Below, one piece after another: positions 31,971-45,779 of a DNA stretch of 64,000 nt (position 1 is its first letter; each line of letters begins with the position of its first letter). A program made the translations under genes and the position numbers. This DNA comes from the human T2T-CHM13v2.0 reference genome, Homo sapiens, in assembly GCF_009914755.1 (NCBI RefSeq), contig NC_060947.1; one strand, written 5' to 3'. The notes under the pieces were generated by a model, which was not told the origin of the DNA, did not search any database, and worked only from the letters and a program-made list of their open reading frames with translations.

Positions 31971-32927
31971 ATGCTTCTTGGGCAGAAGAGTCAGCGCTAC
32001 AAGGCTGAGGAAGGCCTTCAGGCCCAAGGAGAGGCACCAGGGCTTATGGATGTGCAGATTCCCACAGCTGAGGAGCAGAAGGCTGCATCCTCCTCCTCTA
32101 CTCTGATCATGGGAACCCTTGAGGAGGTGACTGATTCTGGGTCACCAAGTCCTCCCCAGAGTCCTGAGGGTGCCTCCTCTTCCCTGACTGTCACCGACAG
32201 CACTCTGTGGAGCCAATCCGATGAGGGTTCCAGCAGCAATGAAGAGGAGGGGCCAAGCACCTCCCCGGACCCAGCTCACCTGGAGTCCCTGTTCCGGGAA
32301 GCACTTGATGAGAAAGTGGCTGAGTTAGTTCGTTTCCTGCTCCGCAAATATCAAATTAAGGAGCCGGTCACAAAGGCAGAAATGCTTGAGAGTGTCATCA
32401 AAAATTACAAGAACCACTTTCCTGATATCTTCAGCAAAGCCTCTGAGTGCATGCAGGTGATCTTTGGCATTGATGTGAAGGAAGTGGACCCTGCCGGCCA
32501 CTCCTACATCCTTGTCACCTGCCTGGGCCTCTCCTATGATGGCCTGCTGGGTGATGATCAGAGTACGCCCAAGACCGGCCTCCTGATAATCGTCCTGGGC
32601 ATGATCTTAATGGAGGGCAGCCGCGCCCCGGAGGAGGCAATCTGGGAAGCGTTGAGTGTGATGGGGCTGTATGATGGGAGGGAGCACAGTGTCTATTGGA
32701 AGCTCAGGAAGCTGCTCACCCAAGAGTGGGTGCAGGAGAACTACCTGGAGTACCGCCAGGCGCCCGGCAGTGATCCTGTGCGCTACGAGTTCCTGTGGGG
32801 TCCAAGGGCCCTTGCTGAAACCAGCTATGTGAAAGTCCTGGAGCATGTGGTCAGGGTCAATGCAAGAGTTCGCATTTCCTACCCATCCCTGCATGAAGAG
32901 GCTTTGGGAGAGGAGAAAGGAGTTTGA
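31971..32927 (+). CDS. MAGEA8: Melanoma-associated antigen 8 (MAGE-A8), 318 aa, MAGE homology domain
   Basis: Intact ORF with Kozak gtcatcATG; Ser-rich N-terminus then MAGE homology domain motifs ([63 protein letters not shown]); N-terminus [20 protein letters not shown] recognised as MAGEA8. Confidence 0.97.
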   Translation: MLLGQKSQRYKAEEGLQAQGEAPGLMDVQIPTAEEQKAASSSSTLIMGTLEEVTDSGSPSPPQSPEGASSSLTVTDSTLWSQSDEGSSSNEEEGPSTSPDPAHLESLFREALDEKVAELVRFLLRKYQIKEPVTKAEMLESVIKNYKNHFPDIFSKASECMQVIFGIDVKEVDPAGHSYILVTCLGLSYDGLLGDDQSTPKTGLLIIVLGMILMEGSRAPEEAIWEALSVMGLYDGREHSVYWKLRKLLTQEWVQENYLEYRQAPGSDPVRYEFLWGPRALAETSYVKVLEHVVRVNARVRISYPSLHEEALGEEKGV

Positions 32928-33504
32928 GCAGGAGTTGCAGCTAGGGCCAGTGGGGCAGGTTGTGGGAGGGCCTGGGCCAGTGCACGTTCCAGGGCCACAT
33001 CCACCACTTTCCCTGCTCTGTTACATGAGGCCCATTCTTCACTCTGTGTTTGAAGAGAGCAGTCACAGTTCTCAGTAGTGGGGAGCATGTTGGGTGTGAG
33101 GGAACACAGTGTGGACCATCTCTCAGTTCCTGTTCTATTGGGCGATTTGGAGGTTTATCTTTGTTTCCTTTTGGAATTGTTCCAATGTTCCTTCTAATGG
33201 ATGGTGTAATGAACTTCAACATTCATTTTATGTATGACAGTAGACAGACTTACTGCTTTTTATATAGTTTAGGAGTAAGAGTCTTGCTTTTCATTTATAC
33301 TGGGAAACCCATGTTATTTCTTGAATTCAGACACTACAAGAGCAGAGGATTAAGGTTTTTTTAGAAATGTGAAACAACATAGCAGTAAAATACATGAGAT
33401 AAAGACATAAAGAAATTAAACAATAGTTAATTCTTGCCTTACCTGTACCTCTTAGTGTACCCTATGTACCTGAATTTGCTTGGCTTCTTTGAGAATGAAA
33501 TTGA

Positions 33505-33520
33505 ATTAAATATGAATAAA
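33505..33520 (+). terminator. Polyadenylation signals (ATTAAA 33505-33510, AATAAA 33515-33520)
   Basis: gaattaaatatgaataaataag followed by ...cactggctcattttttc, as at MAGE-A 3' ends. Confidence 0.8.
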
Positions 33521-34499
33521 TAAGTCCCCCTGCTCACTGGCTCATTTTTTCCCAAAATATTCATTGAGCTTCCGCTATTTGGAAGGCCCTGGGTTAGTAT
33601 TGGAGATGCTACAGTAAGCCAGGCCCACCCCTGACCTTAGGGTGGTAGAGTCTAGTATCTGCAGCCACATAACTAAGGTGGCCAGGTATCCTCTAAGATC
33701 TAAAGGAAAAATAAGAGAGGGATGAGCGTGTGGAGCAACAGGAAGTGGTGGAGTGTACATGCCCTGAACCAAGGCCTTTTGGGCTTTGGGAAACTGCAGT
33801 ACCTTTTGGGCGAGCTGATTCTAATGAAGCGGGGTGGGGCCAGAGCCAGATTCTCAGAGGACGAGAGAAAAGCTTGGAAGGGAAACATGCTCAGCAGTTC
33901 CTTTTGGATGGTGGATGAAACAGAGAGGCATCTCCTCCTGGGGCAGGAATGGGAGGTGTCCTGCACTCTTGTCTCAGTGCAGTTGAACACGGCACACGAA
34001 GTTGATGATGGATACCCATCATCCGGAAGGGTTTCCTTAGAGAGAAGCGTGAATCTCCTGGGATGTGAGGCTCAGATGCCACTGGCCAGGTGTTTTTCTT
34101 CCTGGTTGTGTGAGCCAGAGCTGACTCTATTAAAGAGACATTCTAACTAGCTTATCTGAAGTGCAATTTGGCCAGTTAAAACAAGGGAAAAGATTTGGGG
34201 TGGTGATATAATGAATGAAAATAGTGGTTTAGATGGAAAAGAAGCTGAGAGGGAAGGAGTTTATTCTTGACTCATATTCTAGGAGCTCTGAGTTGCATTC
34301 CAGTTGAGGAAGACCCCTGCACACTGAAATTTTGAAGTATACCCTCTGAGTGGGTAAACTTACTGAAATTCATTGACAAAACTTCTTTTTTTGGCTAAGT
34401 AATTCTTCCAGGTCCTAATAAGCTGCATATTTTCTGATAAGTCCTGGAGAAATCAACAAGAACAAAATCTCAGAGTGCTAGGGCCTGGGGTCAAATAGT

Positions 34500-34735
34500 A
34501 GAAATATAGTCATCTGCCATTCTTTAAACTTCTAAATTACACCAGGCCCTGAGCCAGGTGCATCATTTACATTGCATACACTCCAACAGTGCTGTTGAAC
34601 AGGGCTTATCACACCTGCTTCACAGATGAAGAACCCAAGGCTCACAGGGCTTGGGCATTTCCCAGGATAACATGGCTAGTAATAGGGCTGGAACCAGATC
34701 TCTAGTGTGATTCCTCTGGAGCTCATGCTCTTCCC
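34500..34735 (-). mobile_element. MIR
   Basis: ttcacagatgaagaacccaaggctcacaggg...cccaggataacatggctagtaa is the antisense MIR core. Confidence 0.7.
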
Positions 34736-37237
34736 ATTCCTGCCAGCCTGAGGCCCACCTCCTGAATAGTAAGTAGTTCATTTCTCAGCACTGCATCATG
34801 TCTCTCAGGTGACAAAAAGAAGGACCCTCAGGCCAAGGTAGTAAAAGCAGGCCAAAAGAAGGTGACAATGAGAATCAAACAGCATTAGGGGCATGATGGT
34901 TCCCCTGGGAGCTGACTGTTGGGTGCTTTCTGTTGAGCACCTACTATGAAACACGTTATGGGAAAGCCTACAAGTGCTCATCCACATATTGGATTCTCTC
35001 CTTCAGCACATGGGGCAAGTACACTCCTAGCCAGCATTTCTGTCTGGCTCCAACACTTTCCTGAGTTACAACACCCTTCATCTGGTCCCCCTCATGTACC
35101 CTCTGTTCCACCTCTGGGAACCTAGCCCGCTGCTTGCTCTTCCCTGCTACCTCTGGAGGCTGCACAGAATCACCTGCCCTCCCCAGGACGTGGAACATTC
35201 CTAGCCCTGCAAAAGTTCCCTGACTTTTCCACCACGCACCCTCAGTCCTGTCCCATAGCCACAGCCATTCTGGACTGTGACTTTAGACACCTCGTCCTCT
35301 CTCCCTGGGAGTCCTCTAAATACTCTTTGTTTTCCCAATGGGGTGTGAGTGGAGTCTGCTTTGCCCATAATCTCTTGATTCTTGGGATACAGCACTGAAT
35401 GTAGAGAGTAGTTTGTCTAAGCCACTAGCATATTTGCAGAAGGATTTTTAATGAGCTTCTTGTCTGAAGCTGGGGACTGAACAGGCAAATGGATGGTGCT
35501 CAGGAATCCCATTCCTTCATAAAAGGTAGAAGAAGAGCAGCCATCTCCTGAAGCTGAGTTCTTACAAATCCTGGGCTCCTCCTAGGACATAAGAAACTGT
35601 TCCTTGGTGAACATGCCAGCTGGAATTTGAAAAGAACCAGCCTTCCACTGCCTTCTGTCTGGCATCTGCCCCCAGGAACATACTGGCTTTCAGTGTGACT
35701 AGTGGCACCTATACAGGTGTTCAGACAAGAACAAATCATGTGGAGGGTAGCAGAGAAGGTGGGTAAGATTCTATTCCTGCATCAGATGGAAAGAGGAAAT
35801 CCTCAGCCTACTGAGGTGACAGATGGTGTTGCAAAAGGAAGTGCAGAAAATGCTATGGAGTGAAGAAGGTGAACTCACCCAGCTGACCTTACAGGATTAT
35901 CTTCAAATTAGATGGGTTAATGCATTTGAAAGCTTCTGACACATAGCAGTCCCTTACAAATTAAGAGAAATTCAAACAAAAGCTGGTCTTCTCAGAAACT
36001 TCTCTGATAAATTAAGGGTGTAGTTATCAAGACAAATTATAGTTTGTATGTAGTTGGCTTTATTTCTAGCTGTGTTCAAAGCCAATGCTTCTCAACAACA
36101 ATATTTTTTTAAATTTCTCAGATTGACATCAGACACTAGGACTTGTCTGATCTATCAAAAAAGCTAACTATTGGTTTTATAAAGTTCATTTATTGTTTCC
36201 CTGAAATTCCTGAAATTTTAATTTCATTAATTTTTCTCTTCCTATCTATACCACCCCATCTCTTTCTTTGCCTTAGTTTTAATGTACTTTCCCTCTACTC
36301 GTTATTTAAGAGCAAATTTTAGATGTTTTATTTGAGCCCTCTGTTACTTTCTAATGTAAGCATTTAAGGACATAAACGTTTCCATAGGCACTACCTTAAC
36401 CGAATTCCACAAATTTTAAAACATCATATTTCCATTTTTATTTATCAGAAAATATTTTCTAGTTTTCCTCAAGAATTTTTTTAAATATAGAGTAGTAACA
36501 ATGTGTTGTTTATTTAAAAATACTTGGGGACTTTATAGGTATGTCCTTTGTTATATTTACATTTTATTGCATTATAGATTTTTAAAATATACTTTGTACA
36601 ATTTCGGTTGTTTTAAATTTTTTATGGGTTGTTTAATGGTCTATCTTGGTAAAAATTCCACACACACTTGAAAATATTATACATTCTGCTCTTATTCTGT
36701 GGAGTGTCCAGTAAAGGCCACTCAGATCAAGTTGGTTCTTTGTGTTGTCAGTTTCTTCTATAACCTTGCAGAGTTTGTCTACTTCAGTCATTTACTCAGA
36801 GAAGAGTTTTGCAATCTCCAAATGCAAGTGTAGATTGGACTATTTATCCTTTCAGTTCTATCAGAAATTGTTTCGTGTATTTTGAAATAATGCTTTTAGG
36901 TGAATTAACAGGATTATTATGTCTTCTTTCTTAATTAACTCTTTTATCATTGCATAATGTCCCTATTTATCCATGGTAATTTTCCTTCCTATAAAGTTTT
37001 TAAAAGTTTACTCAATGTAATCACTCCAACTTTCTTTTTTTAATTTTTAATTTCATTATTTAAATTAACAGTAATTTTGTTTTCTTTATGTGTCCTGTTC
37101 TGTGGCCTTAGCCCATGTGTAGATTTAGGGAGCCACCACCATCAAATCATTTTCCACAATGGTTGTACTATTTCATAATTCCTACTAGCAACATATCAGA
37201 TTTAAAATTGTTCTTCATCTTTGGTAGCACTTAGTAA

Positions 37238-37569
<332 letters not shown>

Positions 37570-38332
37570 ATGTCTTTTAAATATCTTTTTCAAATATATG
37601 TTACCATATCTCATTATGGTTTAATATGCATTTCTCTAATAGCTGTGATGTAGAATAATTTTTCATGTGCTTATTTGTCATGTATATGTCCACATTGGAA
37701 AATGCTTTCAACCAACTAGGCATGGAAAGAACATACCTCAAAATAATATGAGCCATCTATGAAAAACGCACAGCCAACATCATATTGAATGGCCAAAAGC
37801 TGGAAGCATTCCCCATGAGAACTGGAACAAGACAAAGATCCACACTCCCACCACTGCTACTCCACATGGTACTAGAATTCCTAGTCAGAGCAATCAGGCA
37901 ACAAAAAGATACAAAAGGCATCCAAATAGGAAGAGAGGAAGTCAAATTATCTCTCTTAGCAGATGATATAGTTTTATGCCAACGAAACCTCATAGTCTGT
38001 GCCCAGAAGCTCCTAGATCAGATAAATAACCTCAGCAAAGTTTCAAGATACAAAATCAATGTACAAAAATCAGTAGTATTTCTATACGTCAACAGCATTC
38101 ACAAAGAGAGCCAAATAAAAAACAAAATCCCATTCACAACAGCCATGAAATTATAAAATACCTAGGAATACAACTAATCAGAGAAGTGAAAGATCTCTAC
38201 AATAAGAATGACAAAACACTGCTGAAAGAAATTGGAGTTAACACAGACTAATGGAAAAATACTCCATGCTCATGGATAGGAAGAATCAATATTGTTAAAA
38301 TGGCCATACTGCCTAAAGCAATTTACTGATTT

Positions 38333-38763
38333 TTAAAATTTTTTTATTTTTATAATTTCTTTCTTTTTATTATTTATTTATTATTATTATTATTATTTTT
38401 TGATTATACTTTAAGTTCTAGGGTACATGTGCACAACGTGCAGGTTTGTTACATATGTATACATGTGTCACGTTGGTGTGCTACACCCGTTAACTCGTCA
38501 TTTACATTAGGTATATCTCCTAATGCTATCCCTCCCCACTGCCCCCACCCCATGACAGGCCCCGGTGTGTGATGTTCCCCACCCTGTGTCCAAGTGTTCT
38601 CATTGTTCAATTCCCACCTATGAGTGAGAATGTGCGGTGTTTGGTTTTCTGTCCTTGCAATAGTTTGCTCAGAATGATGGTTTCCAGCTTCACCCATGTC
38701 CCTACAAAGGACATGAACTCATCTTTTTTATGGCTGCATAGTATTCCATGGTGTATATGTGTC
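38333..38763 (-). mobile_element. 5'-truncated L1PA (L1PA5-like) nested in L1PB
   Basis: Antisense L1PA 3' UTR with (TTA)n tail; TSD actgattt on both sides. Confidence 0.9.
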
Positions 38764-40167
38764 ACTGATTTAATGCTATTTCTATCAAACTACCAATGAC
38801 ATCTTTCATATAATTAGAAAAAAAATATTCTACAGTTCATACAGAACCAAAAAAAGAATGTAAATAGCCACAGCAATCCTAAGGAAAAAGAGCACAGCCA
38901 CAGGCATCACACTAGTCAACTCTAAACTGTATTATAAAGCTACACTAACCAAAACAGCATGATATTGGTAGAAAAACAGACACATAGACCAATGAAACAG
39001 GTTAGAGAACCCAGAAATAAAGCCACACACATACAACCATCTGACATTCAACAAAATTGATAAAAACAAGCAATGAGGAAATGACTCCCTATTTAATAAA
39101 TGGTGCTGGAATAAGTGGCTAGCCATAGGCAGAAGATTTAAATTGGACCCCTTCCAGTTTCAACTCAAGATGGATTAATCTTTAATTTGTCAACTAAAAC
39201 TAGATTGAAGATTTAATTCAAAAACCTAAAACTATAAAAATCCTAGAAGGAAACCTAAGAAATACCATTCTGGAACTAGGCCTTGGCAGAGATTTCATGA
39301 TGCAGATTCCAAAAGCAATTGCAACAAAAACAAAAATTGACAAATGAGACCTAATTTGCATATCAAAAGAAACTATAAACAGAGTAAACAGACAAGCTAC
39401 AGAATGGGAGAAAATATTTGCGAACTATGCATCCAACAAAAGTCTAATATCCACAATCTCTAAGGAAGATTAACAAATTAACAAGCAAAAAACAAACAAC
39501 CCCATTGAAATTGGGCAAAGGACAAGAGTAGGCATTTCTCAAAAGAAGACATACAAGTGGCCAACAAGCATATGAAAAAGTGTCCAACCTTGCTAATATT
39601 ACAGAAATGCAAATCAAAACCACAATGAGATTATACAACAGTCAGAATGGCTACTATTAAAAAGTCAAAAAATAACAGATGCTGCTAAGGTTGTGATGAA
39701 AGGGAACATTTATACACTGCTTGTGGGAATGTAAATTACTTCAGCCATTGTGGAAAGTAGTTTGGAAATTTCTCCAAGAACTTAAACCAGAGCTACTAAT
39801 TCACTCAGCAATCCCATTACTGGGTATGTACCCAAAGGAATACAAATTGTTCTACCATAAAGACACATGCACACAAATGTTCATCACAGCGCTATCCACA
39901 ATAACAAAGGCATGCAATCAACCTTGATCCCTGTCAATGGTAGACTGGATAAAGAAAATGTGGTATACATACACCATGGACTATTATGCATCATTAAAAG
40001 AAAGAAATAATGCCCTCTGCAGCAATAACGATACAACTGGAAGCCATTATCCTAAGCAAATTAATGCAGAACAGAAAACCAAATACCACATGTCTTCACT
40101 TGTAAGTGGAAGCTAAACATTGAGTATACACGGACACAAAGGAGGGAAAAAGAAACACTGGGGCCTA

Positions 40168-40490
<323 letters not shown>

Positions 40491-40816
40491 CTACCTATGT
40501 GGTACTATGCTTATTACCTGAGTGATATAAAATCGATGCACCAAACCCCCATGACATGCAATTTACCCATGTAATGAACACGAACATGTACCCCTAAAGC
40601 AAAAATAAAAGTTGGGAAGAAACAAAAAATAATTAAATAAAAGGTTTTTAAACAATAAATGCAGTACAAACTGCAAAACTAGAAAAAAAAATTACCAAAT
40701 CATTTTCCACAGTGGTTGTACCATTTCACAATTCCCACTAGCAACATACAAGATTTTCTTCATCCTTGCTAGCACTTAGTAATATCTTTTTTTTTTTTTT
40801 AATTCAGTCATTTTCA

Positions 40817-41132
40817 GCCAGGTGCAGTGGCTCACACCTGTAATCCCAGCAGTTTGGGAGGCCGAGGCAGGCAGATCACCTGAGGTCAGGAGTTTGAGAC
40901 CAGACTGGGCAAAATGGCGAAACCCCATCTCTACTAAAAGTACAAAAATTAGCCGGGCGTGGTGGCAGGTGCCTGTAATCCCAGATTCAGGAGGCTGAGG
41001 CAGGGGAAGCTTGAATCCGGGAGGTGTAGGTTGCAATGAGCCGAGATTGTGCCACTGCACTCCAGCCTGGGCGACAAGAGCAAGACTCCATCTCAAAAAA
41101 AGACTCCGTCTCAAAAAAAAAAAAAAAAAAAA
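40817..41132 (+). mobile_element. AluS with duplicated 3' terminus
   Basis: TSD tcattttca; tail agactccatctcaaaaaa-agactccgtctc(A)n. Confidence 0.92.
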
Positions 41133-41558
41133 TCATTTTCAAATATGTGTTATGCTATCTCATCATGGTTTAATTCTCATTTCTCTAATAGATGAGATGG
41201 ACAGTACTTTTTCATGTGCTTATTTGTCATGTGTATGTCCACTTAGGGGAAGTGTCTATTGATGTTTTTTGCCCATTTACAAAATTTGGTTGTTTGTGTT
41301 AAATGAATTCTTAAGAGGCATTGTTTTGGACTAAGGTCTATCCCCAGGTCCCAGAAAAACAGACCAAAACAGAATGGAAACACTGGTGCTGACTGCCACA
41401 TAATCAAAGTGAACTTGGGTTCATCCTGTGCTCTCGTTCCCTGGGCTCCTTCCTCTCCTCATCTTTTGCTTTTAGCAGGACTTGGCATCCTTTTTAGTCC
41501 CAGGAATCAAAGCCCTGTAACTTAATAGCACTAGGACTTTAAAAGAGATATAGAAACT

Positions 41559-41853
41559 GGCCGGGCATGGTGGCTCACGCCTGTAATCCCAGCACTTTGG
41601 GAGGCCGAGGCGAGCGGATCACGAGGTCAGGAGATCGAGACCATCCTGGCTAACACGGTGAAACTCCGTCTCTACTAAAAATACAAAAAAAATTAGCTGG
41701 GCGTGGTGGCAGGCAACTGTAATCCCAGCTACTCAGGAGGCTGAGGCAGGAGAATCGCTTGAACCCAGGAGTCGGAGGTTGCAGTGAGCCAAGATCGCCA
41801 CTGCACTCCAGACTGGCGATAGAACGAGACCTCGCCTCAAAAAAAAAAAAAAA
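41559..41853 (+). mobile_element. AluSc/Sc8-like
   Basis: gatcacgaggtcaggagatcgagaccatcctggctaacacgg; 18-bp TSD aaaagagatatagaaact / aaaagaaatacagaaact. Confidence 0.93.
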
Positions 41854-43827
41854 AAAAGAAATACAGAAACTTACATGGATGTAATAATCTTAATTTTTTA
41901 TCTCAGTTTTCCTGAGGAAATCAAAACATAGTAACAATGACATAGGAATTATTTTGATAAAATGTAAAATTTGTTTGTTAGGCCACTTACCAAAAGTTAA
42001 AAAAAAAACAAAAAACAACCTTCTGCAGTGTGAATGCTTTTCCTATGGGGAGTCCTTTTAGATAACCTGCAAGTCAGAACTAATGAAAATAGTACTTAGA
42101 AATAGGTAGAGTGTGTCCTGGGTCATAAGTGAAAATTCTTAGTTTCATAGAATTTAAAGCCAAGAGCACAGAATATCATACTGGAAGAAAACATTTCCTT
42201 TAGACCTTTAAAATGAAACACTTTCAGCATCAGTCCACAACAGCAGTTAAAACCTGAGGAAAAAGGTTACAGGAGCTGACGAAAAAGTTAAAGGAGACAG
42301 TTATTATCTCAGCCCTTTTCAAAGGGGAGAGAAAGCTGAAAACAGTGAGATGCAATAACAGTTGAGCTTTTGAGTTAAAAAATTAAAATCCCTTGTAATT
42401 TTATTAATAATAAATCAATACCTTAAAAATGTTGTTGTTCTAACCAATTCCTTAGTGTTTTAGTGTTTTTTCCTTATCAATACCCAATCTCTAGAAAGAC
42501 AATTATAAATAATTTCTTTTTAGTTATAGCCAACTTGATCACATAAAGTTTCTGTCTTATGAATGCTCTTTTTACAAACTTTATTATGGCTTAGAGAAAC
42601 CATTTACAACATTCTTGGACCTCCTGTTGTATCCTAAACAACCTTTTTCTTAAATAACCAGTCATTTTATTTTAGGGCAAAAAATTTACCATGCAAGATT
42701 CATTTTATATAAAATTAGTCTCCTTTTAGCCTTTCTTACCAAAATATCTTATTATATCTATAACTTTCTTTACATCTCTCTTATTTACTGGTTCCTTTTA
42801 CCTTGTTTCAAAAATAACCATTAAATAACATTTAAATTTAGACTAAACTTATTTCCCTTTAAATAAGAACACATTTTTTATGAAAAATGTTTCCCCATAA
42901 TTTTTTTAAAGAAATTGGAAATGATCCATTTAATGAATATCTATTATTTAACTCAATACAACTTTAGATTCTAAACTATGTGAGGTTTATTTGCAAGCAT
43001 TTATTTCATTACATTTTCCTAATCAATTAATTAATTGTATTTTTCAATCGTTTAACTAGATTGTTTATGAAAATTGTGATAGTCATCATTTAAAGTTATA
43101 TCCCTATTAACCATTTTATAGCACGTGCATTTCAGGTATTTACCTCAGTAAGAATCTTAAGGTTAAAAAAATGGTATATTTTGCCAATATTCAAGATTTA
43201 GCTGTTCCCATTAAACTCAACAATATTCAGTGCCTTATTTATAAAAAACTATACAAAAATAATTCTCTTGTGGGCTGCAAGCTTTACAATTCTCCTGCGA
43301 AATTTTGACAACTTATAACACCTAACAGATATTAAATATTAAACTACTAGACCAATGAATCCAACAATAATGTATGTTGACCATTCTGAAGAAATTTCTA
43401 ATTTTATTTTACCAATAATTTTAAAACCAACTTATTTATTAAGGATTTACTTAAGTAAGCTTATAAAAGCATTTGGGCTCCTATTTTTCTGATAAAGTAT
43501 TTGATTTAAGTGATTTTTTTGTCTGTAAGCCAATTACATATATAAAATTAAATTATATAGATTATAAATCAATATATAAATATATAATTAAATATATAAA
43601 AATTAAATCTAAAGAGCTCTAATGAGCGCTTCTGAAATTAGAAAAAAATCTAATTTCACAGACCCTGAAATTATTTAAGGCCCCTCATGCAGCAGACGGT
43701 GGCAAGAAGAAAGAGACTGGCAGAAGTAAATGGAGAAAACAGAATTCCGTTGACTGAGAATGGTAAAAAACGCTTTTTCTCAAAAAATAATATTCTAGAA
43801 GAGAAAGAAAGCATAAAGGCCTTTTCA

Positions 43828-43833
43828 ATATAT

Positions 43834-43874
<41 letters not shown>

Positions 43875-43958
43875 ATATATATGTAGGTGTATGTGTATAC
43901 ATATATATTTACCTTTTTAAATTTTTGTTTCTGTTTTTCTCAGAGATCCCTGTTCTGA

Positions 43959-43995
<37 letters not shown>

Positions 43996-44035
43996 GAGGC
44001 ACACACACACACAGAGGCACACACACATATACATC
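43828..44035. repeat. Two (CA)n/(TA)n microsatellites
   Basis: (CA)n runs at ~43835-43868 and ~43960-44030. Confidence 0.95.
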
Positions 44036-45779
44036 TTGGATCTTAGCTTTTAATTAAGCTGACATAATAATTGTGCTCTTAAAAAAATTCGTTAAATCTC
44101 ATTACCATATTTTGGCTGGGATAAACTGCTGATAGTTCAAATGTAACAAAAATATCAAACCAGAAAGGACTTGATTTAGGAACCAAACCGAGGCTGTCAT
44201 GTGAAAAAAGAGCAGAATCTTAGCTACTGAACTACAGCCATTGCTCTTTCAATTTGGCTTGGCTACTAAAAGGTGGCCTTGTTATGTAAATAATGCACCT
44301 AAGGTAATCAAATTCTTTCTTTTTTTTCAGCTGCATGATTTTAGCCAATTCAGAGACTTTGTTCCCCATAATTTGGAACTTTCCTTTGGATTTGACCAAG
44401 TCCAGTAGAGTTGGCCAAATCCATTGGGAAAAAGACTAAAACAGCAAAAACAACAGTAAAAAAAACAAACTGAAAAACAGAAAGGCAGTTAAGCAAAACA
44501 AAAGATAGCACAGGATTACCGAGTACTCTATTGGTAAGTAGAAATTAAGACCAGCTACTTGCTAATCTTAACTTTTAGCCATTACGGAAAATTTCCAAGA
44601 CAAAACCCCAATTCAGCTACTTACCTGGGAATGGGGCCCAGGCTGAAGACTTGTTTGTACATTTCTCAGCCCTGCTCTGTATGTAAAGCCAACATGTTAT
44701 GTTCAGCTCATTGGAGCACCTATTCTATTTAAATAGAATGAGAAGTTGTTCACTATAGAATTGCAAATGAAAGCTAATTAGATTTTTGAACCAAATTTGG
44801 TGTAATTTTGTCTTTTGACACATTTTCTCATTTCTGAAACTTTAGGACTCTTTATATATTCTGCATAAAAGACTTTTGTTTGGCATACAATTTGCATATA
44901 TTTGTGTAACTCCACATTTGACTTTTTATTCTCTGATCCATGTATTTCCCAAAGTAAAAGTTTTAATTTTGAGGAATCCAATTTATCACTTTTTCCTTTA
45001 TGAATCACGCTTTTGGTGTCATGATTAAGACCTCTTTGCCTGATTTCAGGTCATCAGTATTTCCTCCTATATTTTCTTTAAAAGCGTTATAGTTTTTTGT
45101 ATAACATTTGAATCTATGATCCACTGTGAGTTAATTTTTGTCTAAAGTGTGAAATTTTGGTGAAGTTTTTTTGTTAATAACATATGGATATTCAATTGTT
45201 CCAATATCACTGATTGAAAAGCCTAACATTTTTATAATGAATTGTCTTTACTCCTTTCTAAAAATCTCCATTGGCCATATTTGTGTGGGTCTATTCAAGG
45301 ACTCTCCATTCTATTCCATTAATCTATATGTGTATCCATTAGCCAATTCCATACTGTTTTGATTACTGTAGGTTTATATTACATCTTAAAATTGAGCAGT
45401 ATGATTCCACCATGATTTTCTGGTTTTTGTTTCAAAATTGTTTTAACTATTCCAGATCCTTTGCCTTTCCATACACTTTTTGAGTCAGCTTGTCTACATG
45501 TACAAAAATTCCTGCTAGTAGTTTGACAGCATTGACTTTGAATCTACAGATAGCTTTGGTATAGGTCACACATCTCCACTGAGTCTTGCAGTCCATGAAG
45601 ATAATATGTTCATATATTTACTTGGACCTCTTTGAATTGTCTTCATTAGCATTTTGTCATTTCTCCACACAGATAGGGACTTATTTTATTGGTTATATAG
45701 CAAAGCATTTTATTTTTTAATCTATTAAAACTGATATTTTAAAATATGTTTTCCAATGTTTATTGTCCATTCTTTTTTC

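Larger units (their letters stand above)
31908..33545 (+). other. MAGEA8: MAGEA8 terminal exon (5' UTR end, whole CDS, 3' UTR)
   Basis: Acceptor cttcctctctccccag|gcctgtggg; 3' end inferred from AATAAA at 33515. Confidence 0.85.
41417..44650 (-). mobile_element. LTR-less ERV1 (MER4-group-like) internal fragment
   Basis: Absent from duplication copy B; AT-rich MER4-group-like sequence; retroviral-leader-like donor cccag|gtaagt on the minus strand near 44618-44628. Family from recall. Confidence 0.55.
41297..44820 (+). mobile_element. MER34-like LTR (41297-41416 and 44651-44820) split by an antisense ERV internal fragment
   Basis: Both parts align with the intact paralog at 49901-50350; ends ...gtcttttgaca. 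Confidence 0.8.

Noticed and set aside
32018-33222. Antisense and alternative-frame ORFs overlapping MAGEA8
   Set aside because: Shadow ORFs of a GC-rich CDS and UTR with no independent support.
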